Shown here piece by piece: positions 52,802-63,146 of a stretch of 64,000 bases of DNA. Under the pieces are notes generated by a model that saw nothing but the letters and a program-made list of their open reading frames with translations, did not search any database and had not been told where the DNA came from. The stretch lies in assembly GCA_965240325.2 (NCBI GenBank), contig OZ251226.1:1240001-1304000 (forward strand). The letters are read 5' to 3'. The DNA is from Rebecca billardiae RCC1528. Taxonomy: Eukaryota > Protista > Haptophyta. Numbering within the stretch: position 1 is the first letter of the stretch; every line of letters begins with the position of its first letter. A program made the translations under genes and the position numbers.

Positions 52802-55800
52802 TCAATTCGGCGACGACATGCGTGGGCTCCGCCTGGGGCTGGGCGCCCGGCCCGCGCCGGCGGTGGGGCTCAGCCCACGCGTGGAGAGGCTCGAGCGTCG
52901 CGGCTCCGTGGCAGAGCCATCCGCTCTGCTCGGCGCCGGGGCGTGCCCCCGGGGGCCTGCGCCGCCGGCCGCGCCCGCCGGCGACGGCGCGAGCGGCCGG
53001 AGCCGTGGCGTGCGCGACGGCCGGCACGGGAGCCCGGCAGGAGACGGCCTCGGCACCTCCGCCAGCCGAGGCGCATGCGGCCCTCCAGCCCCTCCCAGAC
53101 TCGTCCGGCCGTCCGCGGCGCCGGTGCGCGCGCTCTCCTCGTGAGCCAGCTCGTCCGCCGAGGCCGAGGCGCCGCCGGTGCCGAACAGGGCGAGCACTGC
53201 GCCGCCCTCGTCGCCCTCCGCGCTCTCCGCGCCGCTGCTGCGCCGGCGGTGCGCCGAGCGGGGCGAGGCGTCGCGGAACGAGGGAGCCCCGGAGCTCGCT
53301 GCGCTGCTGAGGGTGCTGCTGTCCGCCGATCGCGACGATGGAGTCCCGCTCGGCCGGCGCTGAGACAGCGGCGGAGTGTCCGAGCGAGGCGCACGGCTGG
53401 GCAGCGCACCCCCGCGCGGCGAGGCCGCGCCAAGCTCCGACTCCGCAGCCGCGCCGCGCGCAAGCTGGTGCCCATACGTCCACCTGCTGAGAGCGCCGCC
53501 CGGACCGGCGGGGGCGAGCGTGGCAGTGGGGCTGGTGGCCTCGGCGTGCGTCGCGCCTCGCTCGCGCCGGCCGTCGGCACTGCCACCGGTGGAACGGCGG
53601 CTGCCCACGGCGAGCGGCGGCGCGCTCGTGGACGCCACGCTCGCAGCCACACCCGCGGCCGCAGCACGGCCGCACGCGGGCGCGGCGGCGCCACTCGCCC
53701 CGGCAGCCGCGCTGCCGCGCGCGTCGCCCTCGGCGCTCCAGCCAGCCGCGGCCGCGCCTGCCAGCACGTTGCGCCGCGCGCCGAGCGGGCTGCTCGGCGC
53801 GCTGCGTGAGATCGCGCTGCCGCGCGTGTGCCTGCGCGACTCGCCGACGTCGAGTGACGGCAGCTGGTGCTGTGCGCGCGCGGCTCGCCCGCCCAAGGGG
53901 CGTTGCCCAGTCGGCGAGGCCGCACCGTCGTGCGCAGCAGGGCGCGCGCCATCGCTCAGAGTTGTAGTAGTACCGAGGAGGCTGCTCGCGCACGCGCGCC
54001 TCGGATGAGCGTCGCTGTCTGAGCGCTGCTCTGCGTGCGCGCCAGCCCCAGGCGGCGCGTCCGCGTCGTCGTCATCTCCCGCGTCACTGCCGGACTCACT
54101 GCTGCCGTCGCCAGCTCGCACCAGCTGGAAGGCGAGCTGCGGCGCCTCGGGCCTTTGACTCAACACCGCCGGGAGCGGCCTGAGAGGCGTGGCCGTCGGC
54201 GGCGGCGGCGGCGGTGCCGTGCTGCTCGTGCCCATGGTTGCACTCGCTGTGACAGGCCGAGTCCACGTCTGCGCGCGGCGCTGCGCGGTGCCCACGTGCG
54301 TCGCTGGCGACGGCGGCGGCGGCGTGCGCCCGGCCGTGGGCTGGGCCAGAGGCGATGGCGGTGCCGGCGGCAGCCGAGCACTTCCATCCACGTCGTCGTC
54401 CGCGCCGCCCTTCCCAAGGAAAAGCGCCAGCTGGCGGTTGGCCGCTGCCTGTGCAGCTTGCTGAGTGGTTGGCAGCGCGGTGGTGGGGTCACGCGGCGCA
54501 GCGGGCTGCGCTGCGTCGTGCCGTGCGCAGACCTGCGCCGCAAGCTGGCTGCGCAGCGCCGCCGCATCGCCGCCGCCGAGGGTGGAGCGCTCGGCTGCCC
54601 CGCACGCCGCCTCGCGAGCGCTGCGCTCCGATGCCACCGCAATCGCCTCGCAAGCGCCCGCAGTCGTCTGCAGCGAGCGCAGCTGCTGCCTCAGCAGGCG
54701 CAGGGCGCCGTCGATCCCCGCGCTGGGCGCGGCGCCCGACCCGCCTGCAGCGTCGCCCACCGCGCCCGCACACGGCGCCGCGGCCGAAGGGCTCGGCGCG
54801 ACACCAGCGCCGGCGGTGCGCGGGCGCTGGGGCCGAGCCATCGTCGAGGGCGCCTCCGTCACGCGCTGTGCCGTCGTCGGCCGTGCAGCGCCTACGCCCG
54901 GCGTCGGCGTGGGCGGAGGCGCCTCGGGGGGTGCGTGCGACGAGGGCGTCGAGCCCGGCGTCGAAGCTGTCCGCAGGCCCCGCGGCGCGCGCGGACTGGC
55001 AGCCGCCGTCCCGGACACCGTCCCAGACAGCCGGTTCGGCTGAGGCGGCGAGCGCACAGGGCTAAGCGCCGGCCGCGAGGGGCCACTTTTCGCCGGCTGG
55101 CGACCGTGGCCGGCGACACTCACGGGGCTCGCGGTGTGGCCGGCGCTCGCGACGCCCAGCGTGCCGCTGCGCTGCAGCCGCGCGCGCAGCGCCGCCGTCT
55201 CAGACAGCGCGAGTGTGATCTCCCGGCGCACCGAGATCGCTCGTTGCAGACGACTCGAAGGTGGCTGGCCGCCAGGCGAGCGGGGCGGGTCAGGGGTAGC
55301 TGGCTGCGCCGCCAGTCGGGCCGCCGGCGAGAGCAGCGCCGAGAGCGTCGAGGAGCGAGACATGCGCGCCCGGGCGTCGAAGCCGAGCGGCACGCCCACG
55401 CCAACGGAAAGCTCGAGCGCGTGGACAAGTGCGGCGCGCGGCGCGGCGTGCGCGCGCGCCGGGCTTGGCGACGACGACTCGGCATCGTCGAGCGCGTCCG
55501 CGACAGCCGCGTGCGCCCAGCAGTCGACGAGCGCGTCGGCGCTGTCCGAGAGGAGCGCGCTGGCCTCCGACGAAGGCACCGGGCTCGGCTCGAGCGCGTG
55601 CGCCCGCAGATGGCGCGGCGTGTCCACGGGTACATTCACAACCAGCGCTTTGAGAGTGCGTACGAGGTTGGTGGCTGCCGCGTGCGTCGACGGCGGCGCG
55701 GCGGCGGGCGCGGCGGCGGCGGGCGGCGGCAGCGCGGCCGCCGTGTACACGGCCTGTGCGTCCTCCGTCGCCCTCGCCACGGGCACGAGGCCAGGCGGCA

Positions 55801-56794
55801 GCTCGACCGGCGGCGTGCGCGCACCCTCCTCCTCCTCCTCCTCCTCGTCCCCGCTGCGCGCGGCGGCGTCGTCCTCCGCCGCCGAGTCGGACGCCGTCCA
55901 TCCGGACTGCGACGAGCCGGACTCGGACGAGCCCGAGTTGCGACGTAGGACCGGGTCAGCGCGCACCTGCGCCGCGGGTCGCAGCACGCGCTCCGCGCCC
56001 GCCAACGCGCGCGTCGCCTCCACGCGGCGCAGCAGGTCGGCGAGCTCGTCGGCTGTCTCCTCGAACAGACCACGCCCGCTCGGCCGTCCGAGCGCGCTCT
56101 CGAGCGCGGCGCGCGGGTCGCGCATCACGGTGATCCGCCGGAACAGCCGGGTGAGGAAGAGCTCGTACGCGTTTGCGTCCGCTCCTTCGACCCACGTGTC
56201 CGCGAGCTCGAACAGCGACGCACAGAACGTCTCGATGGTCATGCCGCCGTGTGGCGAGGCTTCGCTCAGCCGGTCCGCGCGGTCCGCGAGCTGCCGGGAG
56301 AGATCGAGCTGCCAGTCGGCGAGAGCGAGCCGGCGGGCTTTGGCCGAGATGGCCTGGCCCGGGCCGGTACATACGCCCAGAGCGCGCGCGACGCGCTCGA
56401 AGAAGTCGACGTACACCTCTCGCGAGAGCACCTCGTCGTCTGCGCTTCGGCCGAGAAGCACCCAGAAGCGCGAGATCGCGAGGATGATCTTGGGCGAGTG
56501 CAGCAGCGCGCGGCGCTCGTTCAGCGCGGCGAGCGCCTCGGCCTCCGAGCCGCGCGCGTGGTAGCTCATCGAGCGCGCTCGCCCGTCGTACGCGAGCCGC
56601 TCAAAGTGGAATTTGTCCGCTGGCGTCACGCGCTTTTGGAGGATGTCCGCGTGCCGCGCAAGCGCGCGCTCACCGCGCTCAGCAGCGACCGCGGCCACCG
56701 CGGAGGCGGTGGGGAGGGGTGCATCCGCTTTCGTATTCCACGAGCGCCGGCGAGCGCGCGTGTCCACGACGAATTGGCTGAGTACCTCCTCCAT
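52802..56794 (-). CDS. uncharacterised 1330-aa protein: helical/EF-hand-like N-terminal domain, long Ser/Ala/Pro low-complexity tail
   Basis: ATG-started long ORF; globular N-terminus LSREVYVDFFERVARAL...DWQLD...FCASLFELADTW...FLTRLF. Confidence 0.6.
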   Translation of the reverse strand: MEEVLSQFVVDTRARRRSWNTKADAPLPTASAVAAVAAERGERALARHADILQKRVTPADKFHFERLAYDGRARSMSYHARGSEAEALAALNERRALLHSPKIILAISRFWVLLGRSADDEVLSREVYVDFFERVARALGVCTGPGQAISAKARRLALADWQLDLSRQLADRADRLSEASPHGGMTIETFCASLFELADTWVEGADANAYELFLTRLFRRITVMRDPRAALESALGRPSGRGLFEETADELADLLRRVEATRALAGAERVLRPAAQVRADPVLRRNSGSSESGSSQSGWTASDSAAEDDAAARSGDEEEEEEEGARTPPVELPPGLVPVARATEDAQAVYTAAALPPPAAAAPAAAPPSTHAAATNLVRTLKALVVNVPVDTPRHLRAHALEPSPVPSSEASALLSDSADALVDCWAHAAVADALDDAESSSPSPARAHAAPRAALVHALELSVGVGVPLGFDARARMSRSSTLSALLSPAARLAAQPATPDPPRSPGGQPPSSRLQRAISVRREITLALSETAALRARLQRSGTLGVASAGHTASPVSVAGHGRQPAKSGPSRPALSPVRSPPQPNRLSGTVSGTAAASPRAPRGLRTASTPGSTPSSHAPPEAPPPTPTPGVGAARPTTAQRVTEAPSTMARPQRPRTAGAGVAPSPSAAAPCAGAVGDAAGGSGAAPSAGIDGALRLLRQQLRSLQTTAGACEAIAVASERSAREAACGAAERSTLGGGDAAALRSQLAAQVCARHDAAQPAAPRDPTTALPTTQQAAQAAANRQLALFLGKGGADDDVDGSARLPPAPPSPLAQPTAGRTPPPPSPATHVGTAQRRAQTWTRPVTASATMGTSSTAPPPPPPTATPLRPLPAVLSQRPEAPQLAFQLVRAGDGSSESGSDAGDDDDADAPPGAGAHAEQRSDSDAHPRRACASSLLGTTTTLSDGARPAAHDGAASPTGQRPLGGRAARAQHQLPSLDVGESRRHTRGSAISRSAPSSPLGARRNVLAGAAAAGWSAEGDARGSAAAGASGAAAPACGRAAAAGVAASVASTSAPPLAVGSRRSTGGSADGRRERGATHAEATSPTATLAPAGPGGALSRWTYGHQLARGAAAESELGAASPRGGALPSRAPRSDTPPLSQRRPSGTPSSRSADSSTLSSAASSGAPSFRDASPRSAHRRRSSGAESAEGDEGGAVLALFGTGGASASADELAHEESARTGAADGRTSLGGAGGPHAPRLAEVPRPSPAGLPCRPSRTPRLRPLAPSPAGAAGGAGPRGHAPAPSRADGSATEPRRSSLSTRGLSPTAGAGRAPSPRRSPRMSSPN

Positions 56795-57427
56795 CGACGC
56801 CCCACCTCGCGGGCCGGCGACGCCGAGCCTGGGAGGGTGGTGCAGTGCGAGCCTGCGTGGTCCTCAAAGGGTGCCAGAATCCGATTCGCGCTCTCCATGA
56901 CACGATCGGAGATCGATATTGATTCCTTTCTGGGATATGATGATGATGGTCACTCCTGCCCAACGATGATTGAAATGTAGTGGTGGGGGTTGACGATGTA
57001 AACCTTCTGACCCAGGATTCGAGAAGTTTGTATTGTGCGCAATCACGGAAGCGTCGACCGTGGCGAGCGGCCTTATTATTTTCTTAGTATACTAGAGAGT
57101 GAGTTGCAGCCGCCGCTGCACGCCGGCAGCAGCTTAATTCACGAATCACGACCATCCGCCTTATTCAGACGTTGATAGCCGGGTGCGGACAGCGCGCTGC
57201 AGACTCGGCACTCGCTGATGCAGAGCCAGACGACGCCGCCGTGCGCACGTGCCAGCCCTGAGGACTTCTTAAATGAACTGGCTCAGATTGATGGTTTGCT
57301 GGCAGCCAGCCAGCAGCGTCATACTAAGACAGCTGGCGGTCGTCATTATATTCGTCAAGGTAGCTTCTGCCGCCACGGTCCCGAGTGCTGGCGGACGCTG
57401 GGGCGGGTGCCGGGTGCAGCCTGCGTT

Positions 57428-58170
57428 GACAACTGCGCAGGGCACGCATCAAGCGCGCGCCCCTACTGTCTACTGAGCCTCGCACCGTGTATGATAATGA
57501 GTAGGGCTGGTGGACGGCCGTACTGAACACTTGCAGGCGACGCCCGGTGCGCAGTACGATCCAGTCGAGCAACACTGATTCGGCGCACCGCCGTCGAGAG
57601 TTCGGCAGCAGCAGGGCCAGGCAGCCAGGTGCCAACCGCGCAGGGCACGGCACGCATCAAGCGCGCGCGCCGACTGAGCCTCGGACCGTAGGGCTGGTGG
57701 ACGGCCGTAAACACTTGCAGGCGAGGCCCGGTGCGCACATCCAGTCGAGCAACACTGATCGGCGCGCCGCCGTCGAGAGTTGCAGCAGCAGAGGCAGGCA
57801 GCCAGGTGCCAACCGCGCAGGGCATGGCACGCATCAAAACAGTTGCAGGCGAGGCCCGGTGCGCAGATCCAGTCGAGCAACGCGGACGGCGGCGCGCCAC
57901 TCCGTCGAGAGATGTAGAGAGTTGCAACCGCCGGGGCAGGTCGTTAGGTGACAACCGCGCAGGACACGCATCAAGCGTGCGCCTCCTGAGCGCCGGGCAG
58001 GAGAGCGGCCGTGATCAGTTGCAAGCGACGCCCGTCGTGCGGATCACTCGATCACTCGTCGAGCCGTCGGGATCACTCGTCGAGCGTTACAGATCGGTCA
58101 TCCGGGCACCCGGTCGTGAGGTGCAGGCGAGGTGCAGGTGGAGGACGGCCGTCGACAGTTGCAGGTGACA
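57428..58170. repeat. degenerate tandem repeat, ~4 units of ~140-200 bp
   Basis: Recurrent blocks CAACCGCGCAGGGCAC(GGCAC)GCATCAAG and TTGCAGGCGA(G/C)GCCCGGTGCGCA...ATCCAGTCGAGCAAC. Confidence 0.75.
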
Positions 58171-58582
58171 GGGCGTGAACATCTTGCTCACACATCACCC
58201 CGACGGTCCACACCCTCGGTCGCAGCCCCGCGGCGCCCGCGGTGGCATCTCGACCTCCCGTCACGGCGGTCAGCCTGGCCCGAGCGCCCCCTCTATTTCT
58301 TTGGAGCGGGCCCCTCTTGACGAGCGAGTATCATCGCGGTTGCTGTCAAATAATGAGCCGCCAATTAAATTGAGTCGCGTCGGCTGTAATCGATCGACGA
58401 ATACGACCCCTGCGTTGAATACTTGTACCTCGCAGCTGTATATTGAACAATACTCATGGCCGCGCGGGGCCCAAATAGCGGCAACTCAAGCAGGAAAGGA
58501 CAAACGCGTGCCTCACACGTGGATTGGCACTATCTACTGTCGCAGCAAATATGTGCGAAGACTGTCCCAACCACGGGTACGC

Positions 58583-58672
58583 GGGGTAAAAGCCGGTGAT
58601 CCGCTGACTTTCGGAGTAAAACCCCTCGATCCGCTGACTTTCGGAGTAAAAAGCGTCGATCCGCTGACTTTT
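58583..58672. repeat. 3 x 30-bp tandem repeat GG(A/G)GTAAAA-N6-GATCCGCTGACTTT(C/T)
   Basis: Read directly; the N6 segments are GCCGGT, CCCCTC and AGCGTC. Confidence 0.85.
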
Positions 58673-59460
58673 CATAGAGAAAACTTCGAATTGTGGGCAT
58701 TTTCGTAACTAACCGTACAGCGCCGAGATTACGCGGGCTCTGCGATCCATGGCGAGCTTGTGACTTGGGGCGGCGACTCGCGCAGCAGTTTGGCCGCTCG
58801 ATGTACGAGTTCGCGTCCGGACGAGTACGCGCGGCATGCAGGCTGCCGCCAGTGGGTACTGGCTACGAGTCCAAGCCCGCATGACCCTCACATCTCGAGT
58901 CTGCACCCTGCCGTTCGCTGTGTCAAAGCAGTCGCAACGCACAAGCGTCGTTGAGTGTCGATCGGCTGCGCGAGCGCGGTCTCGCCCCGCCCAACCCAAG
59001 TGTGTGCGAGTGAGCATGTGTCTTGAGCATGTGGCGTGCGTTGACGCCATCCGCGACGGCCGACATGGCCATGGAGCGCCCGCATCACTCGCCTGCACCG
59101 TGCCCTTCATAGCCTACGGGAAGCTCCGCAAATCTGTTGATTTTGCTCTTTTTTGCCCGTTGGAGTCATGTTCTTCGCTTGGTTCTTCGTGCACTGAAAA
59201 CCCTATTTTAAAGAATGAATTTTAGCGCGCGCGGGCGGCAGCGGAGCGCAACCAACCCGCGGAGTGTCCGAAGGAGATCTCCGAGACGCTAAATGTGAGC
59301 CAATTTTTGTCGCCTGCGCACCAACCTTGCGCCCGGGACCGACCATTAAAGTTGAGTGAGTCTCCCGTGAGTCTCCCGGCGCTGTACGGCTAACCCGACA
59401 TCTGCCGCGCGGATCCACTTTACACGATTAAGTAGAGTAGAAACTGTACAGCTTGAATTA

Positions 59461-59849
59461 CTCAGAATAAGAGCGCACACAGCTCAGGCAGGCGAGATCG
59501 ACGCCCGCCAACTGTCACCGCCCATGAAGCCGTCGCCGATTGTAGCGCCGTCGGAAGATTCGTTCAGCCGTCCGCCTGCGAGGCCTGGATGAGGGTTGCT
59601 GCCGCCTCGGGGCAGCATCAGCACTACTATGACGTCGACAGGTATTTCAATGCTGCGATCGGTGACGTCGACAGGTATTTCAATGCTGCGATCGGTGACC
59701 ACTGAGCCTCAGCCTGTGACTGTGAGGCAGTTGATGTCTGATGAGTGTGACTGGCGGTGGCCTAGCTATTATAAAATGTGAATCAAAATTAAATATAGTT
59801 AATACTGTCAATCTCGCCTGCCTGAGCTGTGTGCGTCTCTTATTCTTAG
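59461..59849. mobile_element. MITE-like element with ~42-bp TIRs flanked by TA
   Basis: CTCAGAATAAGAGCGCACACAGCTCAGGCAGGCGAGAT... pairs with ...ATCTCGCCTGCCTGAGCTGTGTGCGTCTCTTATTCTTAG; TA on both sides; internal 33-bp tandem duplication at 59630-59699. Confidence 0.75.
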
Positions 59850-60069
59850 TATAGTTAGTAAACTGTACTTCATGGCCATTTACCGCATGCCGGATCGGGA
59901 AGACGGAAGTCCATCACAACGTGTCAGCTGCCGCTGGTGAGTCGGCGGATACTCGATGCCGCTGCTGCCCGGCCGTCCCGAAGGCTACCGTCTCCTATGA
60001 GACCTGTGTCCGAGATGAGTCGATCACCGTAGCCTGCCACCTGAGTCTGAGTGACCTGACGAGTACCTG

Positions 60070-60648
60070 TCAGAAACTAGTCGGCGGCAAGGAGTCGTCC
60101 GAGAATGATACACTTCCACTCGAGCGGTCTTGCTGGAGTGGCTTGTAGTAGGCCACGTGCCGATAGCCCTGGAGACCGTCGATACGCACGCGCGCCGACG
60201 CCGCATTCCGCAAAGCCTTGGGGCGCCCAATCTCGCAGCACAGGCCCGGCGTCACTTTTGCTCCCTGCGGGCATAGCGTTGCCCGGTGCAGCTCGGCCAC
60301 GTTCGACCGAAGGTAGGCCAGGTCGTCACGTGCCGTGATACAGAATTGGCGGCACATAGAGCGATCGTTATTCCAGTTGCCACACGAGTAGTAGAACGTG
60401 CCGGTGCAGTTGTCCATGACGAACGAATGGTCCTGTGAACAGAAGGAACTACTACTGAAGGATGCATAAGGGGTGTACGATGCGCCACCTGCGGGCGTGG
60501 GGGTCAAAGAATAGCGAGCTGCTCGCCGGTCTGCGCGATAGTCAGAGGCGCGCAGTGGGCCCCAGAGCGAAATACCCACGAACAGTGCCAGCGCCAGCAG
60601 CGAGGCCAGCACTGTGACACGCGTCAGGCGGCCATCGTGCTCGGCCAT
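60070..60648 (-). CDS. small single-pass membrane protein with Cys-rich extracellular part
   Basis: MAEHDGRLTRVTVLASLLALALFVGISLWG TM segment; eight Cys downstream. Confidence 0.45.
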   Translation of the reverse strand: MAEHDGRLTRVTVLASLLALALFVGISLWGPLRASDYRADRRAARYSLTPTPAGGASYTPYASFSSSSFCSQDHSFVMDNCTGTFYYSCGNWNNDRSMCRQFCITARDDLAYLRSNVAELHRATLCPQGAKVTPGLCCEIGRPKALRNAASARVRIDGLQGYRHVAYYKPLQQDRSSGSVSFSDDSLPPTSF

Positions 60649-60720
60649 TGCGGTTCGTGCTGATGCTGATTGCTGAGTGCTGACTGCTGAGCAACCGTGA
60701 TTGGCCGAGAAATGCACCCG

Positions 60721-61971
60721 ATGGCGTCGTGGAGGAGCGATGGCGTCGTCAACTCGCGTGCTGGTGGTGGTAGTCGATGTCCGCGCACACGATCAGCCGA
60801 TCGTGCTGTCCTGGCTGTGTGCTGCCTGCTTTCGATGGCATGGGCTGGAGACGACGCCGCACGGCTGCATCACGCCGGCGCCAGTGCCCCGACTCGCGTG
60901 GTCGCCACGCTCGGCACCATTCCGGGTCGGGACCCGTCAGACGCCATCGCGAGCCTCCTGGGGCAACAGCCGGCCCTCGACGCTATCCACGTCACCCTGG
61001 GCGGGAGCTCGAAGTTCAATCTGACCACACCGCCGGAGCCGTCCGCCGCTTTGCTCGCCGCCGTCCGCGCTGGTCGCGGGCGCGTGCATCTCCACCGCCT
61101 CAAGCTCAGCGAGGACACCGGACCGGCAGACAAGTACCTGCGCACACTGCGCGTGGAGCGCGAGCCCACGACAGTTGTGCTGGTCGTGGATGACGACAAC
61201 ACATATCCGCCGTCGTTTGCGAACGTGCTGGTGGACGAGCTCACGACGCGTGGACGTGGACATGCTGTGGGCGGCTCGGGCGTCGTCTTTGCAGACGACA
61301 TTGCACGGCACCTCTTCTGCTCGGGGAGCGCGAATCGGTCGTGCGCCGAGCAGATGACAGGGGATTGTGTGGACCCTGACAGCGGGACTACTGTGTATAC
61401 ACGCAGTCTGCGCGAGGGCTGTGCGCGCGGCGCAGAAATGCTGCACGGCTTCTGTGGCATTGCATTCTGGCGCGGAGACATCAACGCGAGCCGGCTGGAC
61501 GCGTTGGTGCGCGCGGTGCCTGGTGGGCCGCACAACTGGGACGACGACCTGCTCCTCGCGACCGAGATGCTTCGCGCGGGTGTGCAACGGTGGACGGTGG
61601 GCGTGCCGGTCCCGGTCTTCACACCTGCTGCATTCGTGCATCCACTCAGCAGCTTCGCTACGCTGCGGTGTGCTGGGTTTGGGCGCACTTTTGGCTACGC
61701 GCTCAAAAACCAGTTCGGGGTGCGATGGCTGCAGCAGCACTGGCAGGCATGGACGCACGTGAATATGTCCACACTGGCGGTGGGAGATGCCCTGGAGGAG
61801 CTCTTCACCACGTGCTTGTCTGACCTCGCTCAGCATGGGCAGAAGATTGCGCAACGGCGGCAAGCCAGGCGGCAACGCGCTGTAGAGATTGAGCAACGGC
61901 GGCAAGCCCGGCGGCAACGCACTGCAGAAAGGCGCGAACGCAAGCGCTCGGCGCGGCCACTTCTCATCTAG
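60721..61971 (+). CDS. GT-A fold glycosyltransferase
   Basis: TLGTIPGR, DTGPADKYL, VLVVDDDNTYP (DxD), LHGFCGIAF, DDDLLLA; N-terminal hydrophobic anchor; 42-bp duplication in the basic C-tail. Confidence 0.7.
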   Translation: MASWRSDGVVNSRAGGGSRCPRTRSADRAVLAVCCLLSMAWAGDDAARLHHAGASAPTRVVATLGTIPGRDPSDAIASLLGQQPALDAIHVTLGGSSKFNLTTPPEPSAALLAAVRAGRGRVHLHRLKLSEDTGPADKYLRTLRVEREPTTVVLVVDDDNTYPPSFANVLVDELTTRGRGHAVGGSGVVFADDIARHLFCSGSANRSCAEQMTGDCVDPDSGTTVYTRSLREGCARGAEMLHGFCGIAFWRGDINASRLDALVRAVPGGPHNWDDDLLLATEMLRAGVQRWTVGVPVPVFTPAAFVHPLSSFATLRCAGFGRTFGYALKNQFGVRWLQQHWQAWTHVNMSTLAVGDALEELFTTCLSDLAQHGQKIAQRRQARRQRAVEIEQRRQARRQRTAERRERKRSARPLLI

Positions 61972-63146
61972 CGAATGTTCCTGTGACCAACTGTGTGCGG
62001 GCTTACAAAGATTCAGTCGTGAGTTCCTGTTTGAGTTCACTCAGTTCACAGTGTAAGTTCACTGATCATCCGGTATAATAGTTGTAACTTGTATACCCAT
62101 TACCCGTGCCACCCGCGTCCCATCCAGGAAGCCGGAACCCGCTGAGCCCGATTAGTCCCCGCTCGGACCCGGGGGCGGGGGCTGAGCGACTTTATTGTGC
62201 TTGACCTGCGCTGGTTGAGACCTGTATATATGGCGAGATTGCTCGGGTCGAGATCATTGACGCAGGCGTTAATCTCGCTTGAGGCCTGCTCATGCTGGTC
62301 GAGAACCAACCCGTCTCCGCAACCGTGAGTGCCAACCGTCGCCGATGGCGATGGTGATGCTAGCGCCGTCTGTAGGGGGTCCATGACAGCAGCCCACTGA
62401 TTTGTGATTTTCGACAACCATGCGATTTAGGTGTCTGACGAGCGAGGCGCTTGCGAAGGCACCCACAAATATGTCCCGGAACCCAGCCCAGCCGTCAGAA
62501 GCACGCAAAACCGACTCACCGCGTGCCGTCGCGCGGTCGTGCGCACGCGCCAGCTGCGCCACTGTGTCACATACAGATTCAGCCAAACGTCAACGACTTG
62601 TTATGGCGGCTAAATGACGGTATATCGCCGAACTTACTTATTCATAACCGTTGCAACCCGCCCAAATAAAATTACGGCGGAATTGCTGATGTTTAGAAGG
62701 CACGATGAGTGCGCGTAGAGGGCGAGGAAAAACTACTCCAAGATCGAGCATGTTACCCATTTAATTAGAGACACGTACCCGTATATATGCACATATCTAC
62801 CCGCTTATTATATATAATGCGGGTGTGTTTTAAATATATATTCAGGGTGCTGTCAATATGAGGGTACCTTGTTCACTATTCGTGCTGGGTCATCCGAATA
62901 GGCCGCGCCGCCGCGCGGAGACGGCGGGCTCATGCCACTCGAACCGTGCCGCAGCAGGCCCGGACGGACCTGATGCGGGCGGCGGGCTGCGTGCCGAAGC
63001 ACACTACCAAGCCCACCTCTGAGCATGCCACCATCCCCATAGTCGTGAGAGAGTCCTCCGCCATCGAGGCTTGCGTGCGCAGACTAGCAGTCGCCGCCGC
63101 CGAGCTTGCCGCGGTCCGTTCGGCGACTTCCGTGCCCGTGCTCTGT

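Noticed and set aside
58583-58672. CRISPR-like repeat-spacer pattern
   Set aside because: Spacers are only 6 bp, there are three units, no cas genes are present, and the context is eukaryotic.
62100-62640. Short ORFs as a transposase relic
   Set aside because: No recognisable catalytic motif.
62800-62824. Hairpin CCCGC-TTATTATATATAAT-GCGGG as a Helitron 3' end or terminator
   Set aside because: Short GC stem, no CTRR terminus and no matching 5' end.
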